Assembly (NCBI GenBank): GCA_012295275.1
Contig: CM022678.1
Location: 14,446,001 to 14,510,000, forward strand
DNA from: Chrysomallon squamiferum
Lineage: Eukaryota; Animalia; Mollusca
DNA length: 64,000 nt
Direction of reading: 5' to 3'
Shown here: piece by piece, positions 41,235 through 53,333 of the stretch
Position numbering within the stretch: position 1 is the stretch's first letter
Layout of the letters: each line of letters opens with the position of its first letter
Notes under the pieces: generated by a model
Databases searched by the model: none
What the model was told of the DNA's origin: nothing
Seen by the model: only the letters and a program-made list of their open reading frames with translations
Translations under genes and position numbers: made by a program

Positions 41235-41805
41235 TTTATTAAGAACATTATAAAAAGAACATTATTCAGTTTTATTAAATTTTTATTTTAATCATTGTCA
41301 ACCATCTTGTAAGCAATAACATTTATTATAGAAACCATAAAAGTAAATTTATTAGAAGTGTTACTAAATTCTTAATTTTAATCATGCAGATATTTAATAA
41401 TCAGTATTATTTATTAAGTTAAAAACAAACGAAAAAATTAACATTTATTAAAAAATTTTATTAAATTTTAGTCATTAACAATCATGTTATAAGCAGTTTT
41501 ATTTCTTAACTTAGAAATCACAAAAATAACATTTATTAAGAGTTTTATTAAATTTTAAATTTTAATTATTCAACTATATTAAGAGCTTTTTATTAACTAC
41601 GAAACAACAAAACTAACTTTATTAAGTGTTTTATTAAATTTAAATTTTAATCATTCAACCAGGTTATAAGTTGTATTGTTTCTTAACTGAGAAATCACAA
41701 AAATAACATTTTATTAAGAATTTTATTAAATTTTAAATTTTAATCATTTAACCATGTTATAAGCTGTTTATTAACTAGGAAACAACAAAAAACAGATTTT
41801 ATTGA
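41235..41805. repeat. Degenerate AT-rich ~88-bp tandem repeat with ~176-bp dimer structure, in the 3' region of gene 5
   Basis: Recurrent ttttattaaattttaaattttaatcatt; agaaatcacaaaaataacattt at 41514 and 41690. Confidence 0.75.
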
Positions 41806-41814
41806 CTAAGAGAT

Positions 41815-42048
41815 TCACTGCAGGGGCTGGAGAGGACAGTTGATGTCTACTCTGCAGTAGTCAACCATCGTGGACAACTGAGTCAACCACTTTTTTATTT
41901 TCACCACCTGAGATGACGTGTAACACTTGGAGTTACTCTTGACCGCGCCCTCCCCGGGCTCATAGCCCGCGGGTAACTTCGTCTTAGAGTCAGGCACACT
42001 CAGACATTTCTGAGAGGCTAAAATAATATTTAAAACATTGTAACAATA

Positions 42049-42101
<53 letters not shown>

Positions 42102-42802
42102 TTGCTGTTGTTGTTTTTGTTATTATACTCATATTCATCATTATAATCTCATTATGACTCTATAAAGTGGGGTTTTTTTTTTCTGTTAATGTCATTATAG
42201 GAAAATACACTTATCAGTGGCTTTAACTTACAATAAAATAGCACTTACGAGTTAATAAAAGAAGAAAAGAAAAAGATTCATTGTGTTTCCTCACCTTCAC
42301 ACGGACATCGATGTTTGTGACATCCGGTGCCAGGAGACGTAGTAACTTTTTTCTCGCAGTATCCTGTCAACACAATGTACTGTTTGTTTAAACTTAGACC
42401 TCAACTCACAGTATTTTACATTTCCATAAATAATAATTATGATGATGATAATAGTGATGAGGATGATATTAAAACTGTTCCATAAAAATGAGTTTAGAAT
42501 ATATAAAAAAAAGTCTTTGTTTATTAAGAAGAAATAAAACAATATTTTATTTAGGATTCTTGGTTCACAATTATAAAACTTTACTTTGCTGAGGAAAAGC
42601 ACAGATGAAGCTGGTAAGAAATAAAATAAAATGAGGTCACCTTTCTTGGGATTTCCCTCAGAGACGAGATGGTCCCAGAGGATTTCCCCTGACAACGTGT
42701 AGCAGCAGCCGACCTCGCACTCACTCTGGACAGAGCACTCTGGACCTGGCGGCTCCAACGTTGTCGTCGTCGTTTCTGATAGTAAGCATTAGAACTATAG
42801 TT

Positions 42803-42886
<84 letters not shown>

Positions 42887-42985
42887 ATTACATGTGTAGT
42901 GTATTTTGTTTAGTGTGTGTGTGGGTCTGTGTTTGTGCCTCTATATATATATATATATGTATTTCTCTAAGTGGGTTTGTGTGTG

Positions 42986-43017
<32 letters not shown>

Positions 43018-46000
43018 CGTATAAGAAACGTTATGAAATTTAAACGTTATGAAGTTTTGATATAATACCTGGAATAGTTGTCGTGGTGACTGGAAGAGTT
43101 GTTGGCGGCTGGGTTGTTGAGGCAGCTGGTAAAATGACAGGAGACTCAACTGACGGAAACACGGGAGATTCTAATCTGGGTGGAGACTGTTCCACAGCTT
43201 TGTCACTTACGTGGGTGGAGACTGGAATCTCGGACTGAGGAGGAAAGACTCGTTCTGTTTTAACTGTATTCACATGTTGTTCTGTGGCAGGCTGGACAGC
43301 AGCCACTGATGACGTAATTTCCGTTTTAACCGGAACATCAACAGCCACCGCAGCTTCCTTTTTTACTGGGATGTTGGGAGGTGAGATAGGTGCTGTATCT
43401 ACAGGTGAAGCAGGTGCTGTTTCTACAGGATTGTTAATTACATTTTTCACTGGTTTAATGCCAGCTGTTCTTGGAGGAGCATGTATGATGGTGGAAGGGT
43501 TAACATGGTTTGTTGTTGCTGTTTTTATAGCTGGTTTGACTGGAGTATTTGCTTTCAAGCTTTTTCCTGGAATTATGTAATCTTTCAGCAGCTGAAGAAA
43601 TTTTATAAGTCGAGGTGAAAGTCTGACTGTTTTTCCTGTTCCACGTACGTTCACTGTTTTTGATGTGTTTCCTCCTACAGCGGCGCTGTCAGTCTGATAA
43701 ATAAATAACATAAGAAAAGTTTTTATCATATAAAATATAATATTATAGTTTTAATAATATATATTTCATTTCTTATTTAATTTGTAAAACTACAGATTAG
43801 GACTAAAGACAAAGACACTAGCTTAAATCATATGTTACAGACAGAGCTGTTTTTAGTTTTATCTAAAATACATAGTTTGAAAACTGATCACATTTTGTTT
43901 TCACAAAATAATGTGTATTCTTTAATTATATTACATAGATCCAAAACTCGACAGTATGCGTGGTCTTCACAGTCTCACAAAATGAATATAAAGCAAAACG
44001 TTTCTCCGAATTAGTTCTTTTTACGAGTTAATGAAATCACGACAGATAATAGTAGTAAAAATGGCAGGCTTGTAATTTTAACTTATATATATATAATTTC
44101 TGAGGTAACCATTCAGAGGTGACTTTTGATGATGTCAGTCATTTCGCTATGTTAACAATATTTCTAAAACAGCTTTTTTGTATATTTTATTTCTCTTTTA
44201 TTTTTTTTTCTTTTCTTTTTCTTTTTTTCTTTCTTCTTTCTTTTTTCTTTCTTTTCTTTCTTGTTTCTTTTTCTCTGTAAGTATATGTGTGCTTGTGTAT
44301 GTTTGTATGTGTGTGTGCGTGTGTGTGTGGATATGGGTGGTAGGTGTATGGGTGTGTCCGGATGAGTAGGGATACTCTTAGCCCGGTGAATGGACTCTGG
44401 AATTAACAACAGCGCCCTCAGCTTACACAGTTTAATATATGTGACAAGTGAGGTTATTTTTAGTACACGTCGAGACATACGTCACAGCTTTGACAGGTAA
44501 TGAGCGGGAGAAGACAGGTGACATGCACACAGGCACACATTTCTGATTTGTTCTTACAATCACGTTACTAGTTACACTTTGATAGTTAAACAGTTCCGTA
44601 GACTAGTTGTAAAACACAACCATTACAATGAAGTAGTTGTCTGTCCTGACAGATGACAAATGTTTCTGACATTTATTCTGACAGTCTACTTCATAAACGA
44701 GTTGTTGGCGGATTATTAAAACAAGTATAATTGTGATCATAGACTTTGGTTTTCTCTGTTTGTGACTCCGAGCATCAAACAATTAAAACAGTTTAAATAA
44801 ATGTTCATGTAGCACAAAACATGCTCAAACTCTGTAAATAAAGTTCAATTATTTTGAATTATTCATTCATTTTCTTTCCAACTTTTCTTTTTAAATTTAT
44901 TTTATTTTTAGTAATTGTCAATGGAAAAACAAAAATCATAAGAAAACTTTTACCAGTTTAACAGATGCGTTTGGTATGAAATACAATTTTTATAATATCT
45001 CTATTCTTATTTCAGAAGATTTCGTGTTTCTTCACAACTTTTGCTGAACAAGGAATATAACAACAAAAATATCAAATGTATAATGAAAATTATAATTATA
45101 AAAAAATGAATATTAATTTATTTTAAAATGCCTTGTATAGAAAAATGTACGTTGAGAAATATTATTGGAAAAACTAATACAAATGTAATCGATTCAGAAT
45201 AGAAAAGAACTGTTTAATAGTGCATTCGTTTTCAGCAAATTTTATTTTCTTACCTCTTGTATGTTATGTATGAAATGTACGTCTCTTGTATGTTATGTAT
45301 GAAATGTATGCCTCTTTATTGTTATGTATGAAATGTATGTATGTTATGTATGAAATGTATTGCTCGTGTATGTTATGTATGAAATGTATGCCTTTTTATT
45401 GTTATGTATGAAATGTATGCCTCTTGCATGTTATGTATAAAATGTATTGCTCTTGTATGTTATCTATGAAATGTATGTCTCTTGTATGTTTTGTATGAAA
45501 TGTACTGCTCGTATATGTTATGTATGAAATGTATTGCTCTTATATGTTATGTATGAAATGTATGTCTCAAGTATGTTATGTATGAAATGTATGTCTCTTG
45601 TATGTTATGTATGAAATGTATGCCTCTTTATTGTTATGTATGAAATGTATGCCTCTTGCATGTTATGTATAAAATGTATTGCTCTTGTATGTTATCTATG
45701 AAATGTATGTCTCTTGTATGTTTTGTATGAAATGTACTGCTCTTATATGTTATGTATGAAATGTATTGCTCTTATATGTTATGTATGAAATGTATGTCTC
45801 AAGTATGTTATGTATGAAATGTATTGCTCTTGTATGTTGTGTGACTTTTTACGGTGTCAGTCATGTCTGTGACCTGAAAGGCTTAAAGCTAATAAACTCT
45901 ACAAAAGAAATATCTAGTTACATATTTTTACGAATGATAAGAGATAGAGAGAAAAAAAACAAGAACATAAATAGAAAACAAGAAAAAAAAATAATTAGAG

Positions 46001-46801
46001 AAAAAAGCTTGTTATTATAACTGAAAGCTATTTGTTTGTATTTGCGAGGTGTCTGGTTATCAGTACATGACGTTTACTATTATAAATAATAATAATAAAG
46101 ATTATAAGTAAGTTATCTTATATAAGTGTTTATAAATCTATAATGCAGATATGGAAGTTAATAAAATAAAATAAAATATTCTTTGTCGCTGGTATTCAGC
46201 TGCCGCACTATTAACAAAAAATAAAATAAAAATAATAATAAATTAAAATTGTCTGGTTATGAGTCTGACAGTGAATAAACTTTGCGTGAGTTTCATTTTC
46301 AACATTTTCAACATTTTCAACATTCAACAGAAAGAAAAACAGTAATTATGACGATCAGTAGAAATTAACTGAAATATTATAAATTAAGAAAAATAAAACA
46401 AATATAACAGATACTGCTTTAAAGTTTGTTCTTTTTTTTTTTTTTTTTTGAATGTTTTTTTTACAATATTTGTAATTAATATTTCTTGTTAATTTTAATC
46501 ATTTTGTATGATAAAAATAATAAATTAAAAATCGCTTCACCAAATCTGAATGAATACGGAATGAAAATAATGTTTATAAATATAAATATATAAAAAAGGA
46601 TTTATAATAATAAAAATACAGCGACAGATAGAATAATAATTATCACATTCGATAATTAACCTATAAATAAGAAATATATTTTATAATAACCAATATAAAA
46701 TAAAAATCTAGTATTTATAATTAGTAAAGTATAGTTACCAGCACGATAGATGTGACAATGAGAGTAAATCCCAGACAGCACAAAATACATCTGGCAGCCA
46801 T
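41815..46801 (-). CDS. Secreted mucin-like protein with a C-terminal prokineticin/astakine/colipase-type Cys-rich domain, ~364 aa
   Basis: Exons 46801-46739 (MAARCILCCLGFTLIVTSIVL, signal peptide), 43693-43069 (P/T/V/A/S-rich), 42775-42641, 42363-42295 and 42017-41815 join in frame. Cys pattern C-x5-C-x3-CC...C-x10-C-x4-CPC-x4-C...C plus two extra Cys. Confidence 0.85.
45255..45838. repeat. ~29-bp minisatellite (tcttgtatgttatgtatgaaatgtatgcc), ~20 copies, with a 232-bp higher-order duplication
   Basis: The diagnostic variant cctcttgcatgttatgtataaa occurs at 45420 and 45652. Confidence 0.95.
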
Positions 46802-47043
46802 TTTGTGGCGTACTTGTACAGCGAGTGAGAGAGTCGAGGGAAACTGTCAGGATGATGAACAGTGATTGAATGATCAGCTTTCACGATGTCAGTCGTTCAT
46901 AAGACAGTAGGTAATATTAACGTGACAAAACGGTTAGAAAAAAAAATTAGAACCTATCCCTGAACCGAACATCAGCATTATATTTTTCCTTTAGGATAGC
47001 TGATAGATTGTGTTCATCATTCGTAATAAAGATCTTCACCAGT

Positions 47044-47075
<32 letters not shown>

Positions 47076-47590
47076 TAATGAAAATGATAATATGAGTTAT
47101 ACATCATTAATCTGAAAAGTTACAAAATTTGAAACGTTTTTTCCATATTTAAAATATTCTGTTGATTTAGCGTAAACAAACTTATTTCATGCATGAAATT
47201 ATTTTTAAAATATTATAATAAAGATGTATATGAGAAATAAATGTATTAATCATTAGCTTCCAGAACTGAATTAGAGATTCTGATATTTATAAATACTGAT
47301 AGCAAATAAATCCCCGATTATCTCTTTATTTTCAGCTTTTTAAATATATATATATATATTTAACGACTTTTATTTATTTATTTTTTTATACTTTTTTTGT
47401 TATTTATTTATTATTATTTTTTTTAATTTTAATTTTTATTTGAAGATCAAAATAAAATAAAGTTGAAGAAGACTCACTGAAAATAAAAATGTTAAGAGAT
47501 ACGTAATTTTAATCGTTTTCCGTTTCAAGTCATGTTGGAGTAGCGAAAATAGAGAAATATTAAACATTCGAATTTCTAGTTTTTTCTCCC

Positions 47591-49800
47591 GTTATCAGGT
47601 GATATTGACGTTTTAGCATTTAGATAAGTAATAAATGCACTCAACCCACCCAGAAAGAATCGAAAAAGAAATTATTTTGTTAAATCCATCTTGTAAAAAT
47701 GCATATTTGACATTTTGGTTCTTCATTAAGTAAGAAATCGAAGGAGTGACATTTTATAAGTGATAATACAAAGGAGTGGTATAACGATGGAGTGACAAAG
47801 TATAATTAAAATTTTATTTAAAAAAATAAAAATATATATAAACATTATTAAGATTTTTTTGAAAAAACTAGAACATTTGAATTGTTGATATATTTTAAAC
47901 TTTTCTTCGTCACTGAAATTATCTTCCACCTCATACTCATTTACATTTCTTGAACTGAAATGCAAATTGTGCGCAGTTCCACGAAGGTATTCGTTGAAAG
48001 GGAGAGATCCGTGTCTCCTGACATTCAACCACTTGTCTGGATGGTTGGATGGCTGTCCGTCCTTTGAAACGTATATCTGAGGTTTCACTCCTTTGTTATG
48101 TCACGTTCGTTGATCATAATTAAATCCTGTTGACTCAGTCTTTCAGGATCTCATGTCAACTTTCAATGTTGTCATTGAATATTAAGTAATCAATAATACA
48201 AGCATAATTTGTGTCAGGGTTATAAGTGTTTAAATGTTCGTCGTGCTTTCTGATGACGCATTAAGGTTAAAGCCTAAGGCAAATTTATTAAAAGGCGATT
48301 CAAGTGATTTTGTAAAGGATGAGCTTTCTTGATTTGGATAAGAAAAGAATTCAAAAGCACAGAAATATCTTGTGGTATATTGATAACAGTATCGCCGTAA
48401 CTACATTGAGGCAAATAAGGCAAATGCCTCATACCGAAATTGACGATTAAAAATATAAAATACAAATGGCTAGAATCGAAGATTTACGTCTTTCAAGTCG
48501 AAGTTTCTGGTGGCCTCTGGCGACTCAGACGCTTCACACAAATGTTTGGCCCCGCTCTGCTCGGCGTGTTTTAGTTTCATTTCAAACACTGTCTAGTTGC
48601 AGCCATGAACACCAAAGGTACACATTAACCCGCAAACCTTCACGTACATAACTGTTACAGTTTAACTCGGATTACATTTTGTTTATTCAGGTTCACTGGT
48701 TTGAATATAATAAATACATGTTCACATACCACCTACCCACTTCCTTGTTGGTGTGATTCACCGCTGTAAATAAAACTTTTTAACATTTTTATTTAGGTAG
48801 AGTTGTAAATATGTGTAAGTATGTAATTTATTAGTATTTTTGCTTTTACGTAAGTGAACTATAGGTAGTAGCGGTGTATATGTAAGAAAGATTTTCATAA
48901 TTTACTAATTTAACTGCAGCAAACCATGTAATTAATTTCTACTGGTTTGTCTTGTTATCAGGTATTATTGTTTTATATTTTCAGCGCTGTATGTGTAAGT
49001 AAGATTTTAAGCAGTAAAAGCACTCACCCCATCCCGATTAAATCGAAGAAGAAATTATTTTGTTAAATCCACTTACGTGATTTTTTTTTAAATGCTTTCG
49101 TTTTTATTTTAAATTTATTGTTAAGCCTATATATACATATGTAAATATACAATAAAATTTATATTAATTGTATTAGAAATTTGAATACACGCGAAAATTC
49201 ATATACTTTTGGGGTCTTCTTTAAGTAAGAAATCAGATGATAACGTTCATTTATGTTCACAATCATAATGGAATACGGTTGACTCAGTCTTTCAGGAGTT
49301 TATGTCACCATTCAGTGTTATAATTCAATATTAACCCATATTTTGCTGTCAGGGATATATGTATTTAAATGTTCTTCCTGCTTTCTAATGACGCAGTCGA
49401 AAAGTTAAAACCAAAGGCAAATTTATTTTACTGAATTAAAAAAGCGATTCACGTGATTTTGTAAAGGACGAGCTTTATTGATTTGGATACTAAAACTTCA
49501 AAAGCTCAGAAATATCAAGTGGTATACTGAAGACGTCACAGGTACACATTAACCTGCCTTGTTCACGTAAATATCTGATGCATTAGGTTCGGTTTATTTT
49601 TAGTTTATTCGCCTTAACTGTTTGTAGGCAATAAATTTTAGTCAAACGTCGAGCAGCTCACTTCCTTGCTGGTGTGAGTGCCGGAAACAGCGCTGTAAAT
49701 GAATGTGTACATTTTTAACTTTTTTACTTAGGTTTGTAATTTACTGGTATTTTATTAGTATTTTTTGCTTTTGCATAAGTGGACTACAGCTAGATGAACT
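47591..49800 (+). repeat. Diverged tandem duplication of the upstream region of the CABIT gene
   Basis: Collinear blocks in 47591-48860 and 48954-49800: aagaaattattttgttaaatcca; gttgactcagtctttcagga; aaggcaaatttatt; gtgattttgtaaagga; aggtacacattaacc; cacttccttg.tggtgtga; tttattagtattttttgctttt. Confidence 0.9.
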
Positions 49801-50595
49801 TCTTGTAATTTCAATCATATATGAAACTTTAAAGTGTGTGTGTTGTATATATCTTTGTATATATATATATATATATATATATACTGGTTTTGTTTTTGTT
49901 TTTTGTCTGAGAGGTAACTGTATGTGCGTGTGTGTGTGTGTGTGTGTGTATGAGTCTAAAGTGACCTTAACAGGTCACAACGATCATTCTAAGACTGAAA
50001 CCTCAGTTTTATTTTAAAACATTTTTTAAATGTTCAGCAAATAAGTAATGTAATGTAAAGTCCACAGCTGTGCATAGATAAACTTTGACTAAAGTTCAAA
50101 GTATTTTAAACTCGAGTATGAAGTCAGAGGTGAGACATTACATTACTTTTCCGAAACAGTAAAACATGAAAATTTAGATCACTTCCAATTCTGTTAATAC
50201 ATCTACTGCATTTTCTTTTTAAGTTATTATTATCTCAACTACTACTGGCATTGACTACTAACATGTTACTTATGAAAAATGAAACATTACGTAAAGTTCT
50301 ATAATTAAAAAATCTTATCTCCTTTGGTGTTTTAATCAGTCACTATTATATTATTGTTGTTGTTGTTGTTATGGTGGTGGTGGTGAGGTGACTTGTTATA
50401 AATTAATTACGTTATTAATTTACTAATTTAACTGCAGCAAATTTGACTGAAATACAAAAGCAAGTTCCCACCTGAATATTTCTGTTTATTTATACAATTT
50501 GTACAATGTATTTTAAAACTCCAGGTTTCACCCTGCAGTGGCTAACTACTGATATAAAATCAAGTCGGAGTGAAGTCAGCTACTAACAACAGGCA

Positions 50596-50753
50596 ATGGC
50601 TAACCAGCAAACCATGTCTTTCACACACCGAGGAGAGACCTACACACTGAAAGACTTCTTTGATGAATATCAACATTGCTTACCTAAGTTGATTATAGTC
50701 AGTCAGGGTTACTATGGTGGCGTCGACATTGAAACGTTTTGTACAGGACAGGT

Positions 50754-50811
<58 letters not shown>

Positions 50812-51140
50812 CATCACCATTCAAGATAATTATGAAAAAGCAGTTTAATGTTTTAATATGAATTAACATAGTAAAATAGTAAATATGTCTGATATTTGGA
50901 ATAATTCAGTAAATTTATATTTAAATGTGAGATTCCACTTTGTTTTGCAGATCTTACGAGTACATAAGTACACTAAACAGAAACGTGTGATAGCAAAAGA
51001 TGCTAGCAATCGAGACATTAGCATTCCTTTAGATTATCCACTCAAATTCAGGTTAATTGAGACTTCACCAAAAGGTTATTATTTTAATTTATTATTATTA
51101 TTATTATTATTAATGTATTTATTTTGTTTATTTTGTGCGT

Positions 51141-51172
<32 letters not shown>

Positions 51173-53333
51173 TTCTTTCTTTTTTATTTTTTAATCAAGT
51201 AACCGCCAATGAAGTATCAGTATAAAATCAAATAAATTAATAATTTAAAAGTAATAAAATGTTTTTCGTTTCAGCTGTTTTCCATGGTCTAAAGATGAAA
51301 ACCGGCAAAGGTAAATATTTATATTCAACTTACAAATATATAAATCAGTGTTTTTAAAGTTTAAATTATTTCTTTATATGTTTGCTTGCTTGTTTTGTTT
51401 TATTTTACTTTATTTATTTATTTAATGGTTCATTCATTCATTTTTCTTCATTTATTTATTAAAATTTATTTATGTTTGTCACTGTTATTTCTTCATTGCT
51501 AAGACTGATATTAATAAAACGTCTCATATATTTATTGTCTTGCTATTTCATTTCAATTAAATTTATAAAATATAAAATATCTAATTTAAAATACCAGTTG
51601 GGATTTATTGCTGTATAATAATATTTTTATTTTAGGCAGTAAAGAGTTGAGTCTAAAGGAGATCATCACAAGTGAAAAATTGCCAGTGCAAGTAGAGCTG
51701 GCCTTGCCACCAGATTACAGGTTTGAAGTTGGGAATCGACACGAGAGAGCCAGTTCATTTGGCGTGATCACCCTCACTGGCGAGTATGATGAGACGTATC
51801 TTCTGGCAAATACAATTCATGAAGGTACATTTTATAAGTATTTTGCTCAGCTAACAGGCTGTCAAGCATTTTTAATATAGTTGTCAGTGTGTGTGTGTGT
51901 GTGTGTGTGTGTTTTTGAAATATCTGGTTAAGGACTACACAAGTATATTAAAGATGAAAACCACTGCATTTATGCTAAGAATATTCCTTTCAGCTAGCTG
52001 CAGTTTTATTTTATTCCAACCATCCCTCTGACAGGCCTGATCATATTTGATTTTTGTATGTTTTCTTTTTCTCCTTTATTTTTATCATCCTTTTATCAGG
52101 TGAGTACTTTTGTTAAACCTGTAGGATGTTATTATTTATACAATTCGAACTATTTTTTCAGTTGTTGTTTTTTCATGTTTTTTACTTTATTTCAATTTTT
52201 TATTGTTTATTTATTCTTATTTTTGAATTTCCAAATTTCTTTTTAGATTATAACACCAAAAGGTTGTAAATTTGGTTTTTTTTTTTTTTTTTACTGATCA
52301 CCTCTCTATAATAGTATCAGTCTATGTATATATATGTCTGTGTTCTCTGTATTAAATTGTAATGCAGATTTTTTAAGAAATGTTTAGCTTTGAATGTTGT
52401 TTTTGCAGGACATTTGGTTTCCACCGTGTCTCTGATGCCTCTCTATCTGAAAGATGTGCTGGTTTCTACAGTAACTGGAATTCAGGGCCAAACTGCAGAT
52501 CAATTCTCACGTTTTACTGAAGACTTGGCATATAGTTCACAAAACATCATCTACAACATGAGAGCAGGAAATGCAGGTAAGTTTTCAGTATTTGTATGAT
52601 AGGTTTTTTTTTTTTTACTATGGTTGTTTTTATTTGTATTGTGTATGTTGTGTTTGTTTTTGTGTGTGTGTGTATGTGAGTGATGGTATAAATTGTCATT
52701 TTATTTAGAAGCTGTTTTATTTAAACACTTTTACAATAAATGTATATAAGGGACTGAAGAATGTAGTATACTTGTATTATTTCAGATATTGCCTTATATT
52801 CACCGTTGTCAGTGCAGAGTAGCAATGAATACGACTACATTGCACCTGTGGAGCTATTTAGGTTCTCCAAGCTTCTCAAGCCTAGAAAAAGCATTGATGA
52901 TATTGATGAAACTAGAACAAGGACAGTTTCTGACCTAAAAGAAGCTCTGACAAGCAGATCAAAACCCCCTGCAGTTCCAAAGCGTCTTCCTCTTGAGCCC
53001 AAACATCAGGCTGCTTCATCCAAAGATGACTCCAAGGAACACAAATATGTCAATGATGTTGGCAGAGCCATAGTTCAGCCATTTGATGTCCACACTGAAA
53101 CTGAACCAGAGTGTGAAGATAAACCTATTGAGAAATTAACAATAAATGAACTTGGACTAAAACTGAAAGCTTTGAAACTTGAAAAATATGTGAAACAATT
53201 CAACAATGAAGGAATTGATGGATCACTGCTGGTGGAGTTGAATGAAGACATTCTCAAAGAGAATTTCAAGTTTTCAACAATAGAATCTATCAAATTGATG
53301 AAGTTTGCTCGTACTGGACACATCCCACACTGA
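50596..53333 (+). CDS. CABIT-domain + SAM-domain signalling adaptor (GAREM/THEMIS/Serrano-like), ~406 aa
   Basis: Exons 50596-50751, 50951-51074, 51275-51310, 51636-51824, 52409-52576 and 52786-53333 join in frame. CABIT motifs YTLKDFFDEYQHCLPKLIIVSQGYYG, ISIPLDYPLKFRL and LPVQVEL. Pro-rich KPPAVPKR. SAM motif LKLEKYVKQFNNEGIDGSLLVELNEDILKE. Confidence 0.88.

Noticed and set aside
43770-43835. Signal-peptide-like FKLVSLSLVLICSF just upstream of the mucin exon (minus strand)
   Set aside because: No in-frame ATG and no good phase-0 donor. Exon 46801-46739 provides a proper signal peptide in the right phase.
47726-48088. 120-aa minus-strand ORF
   Set aside because: No ATG start, no recognisable motif or splice partners, and it lies in the duplicated upstream region where most of it is absent from the second copy.
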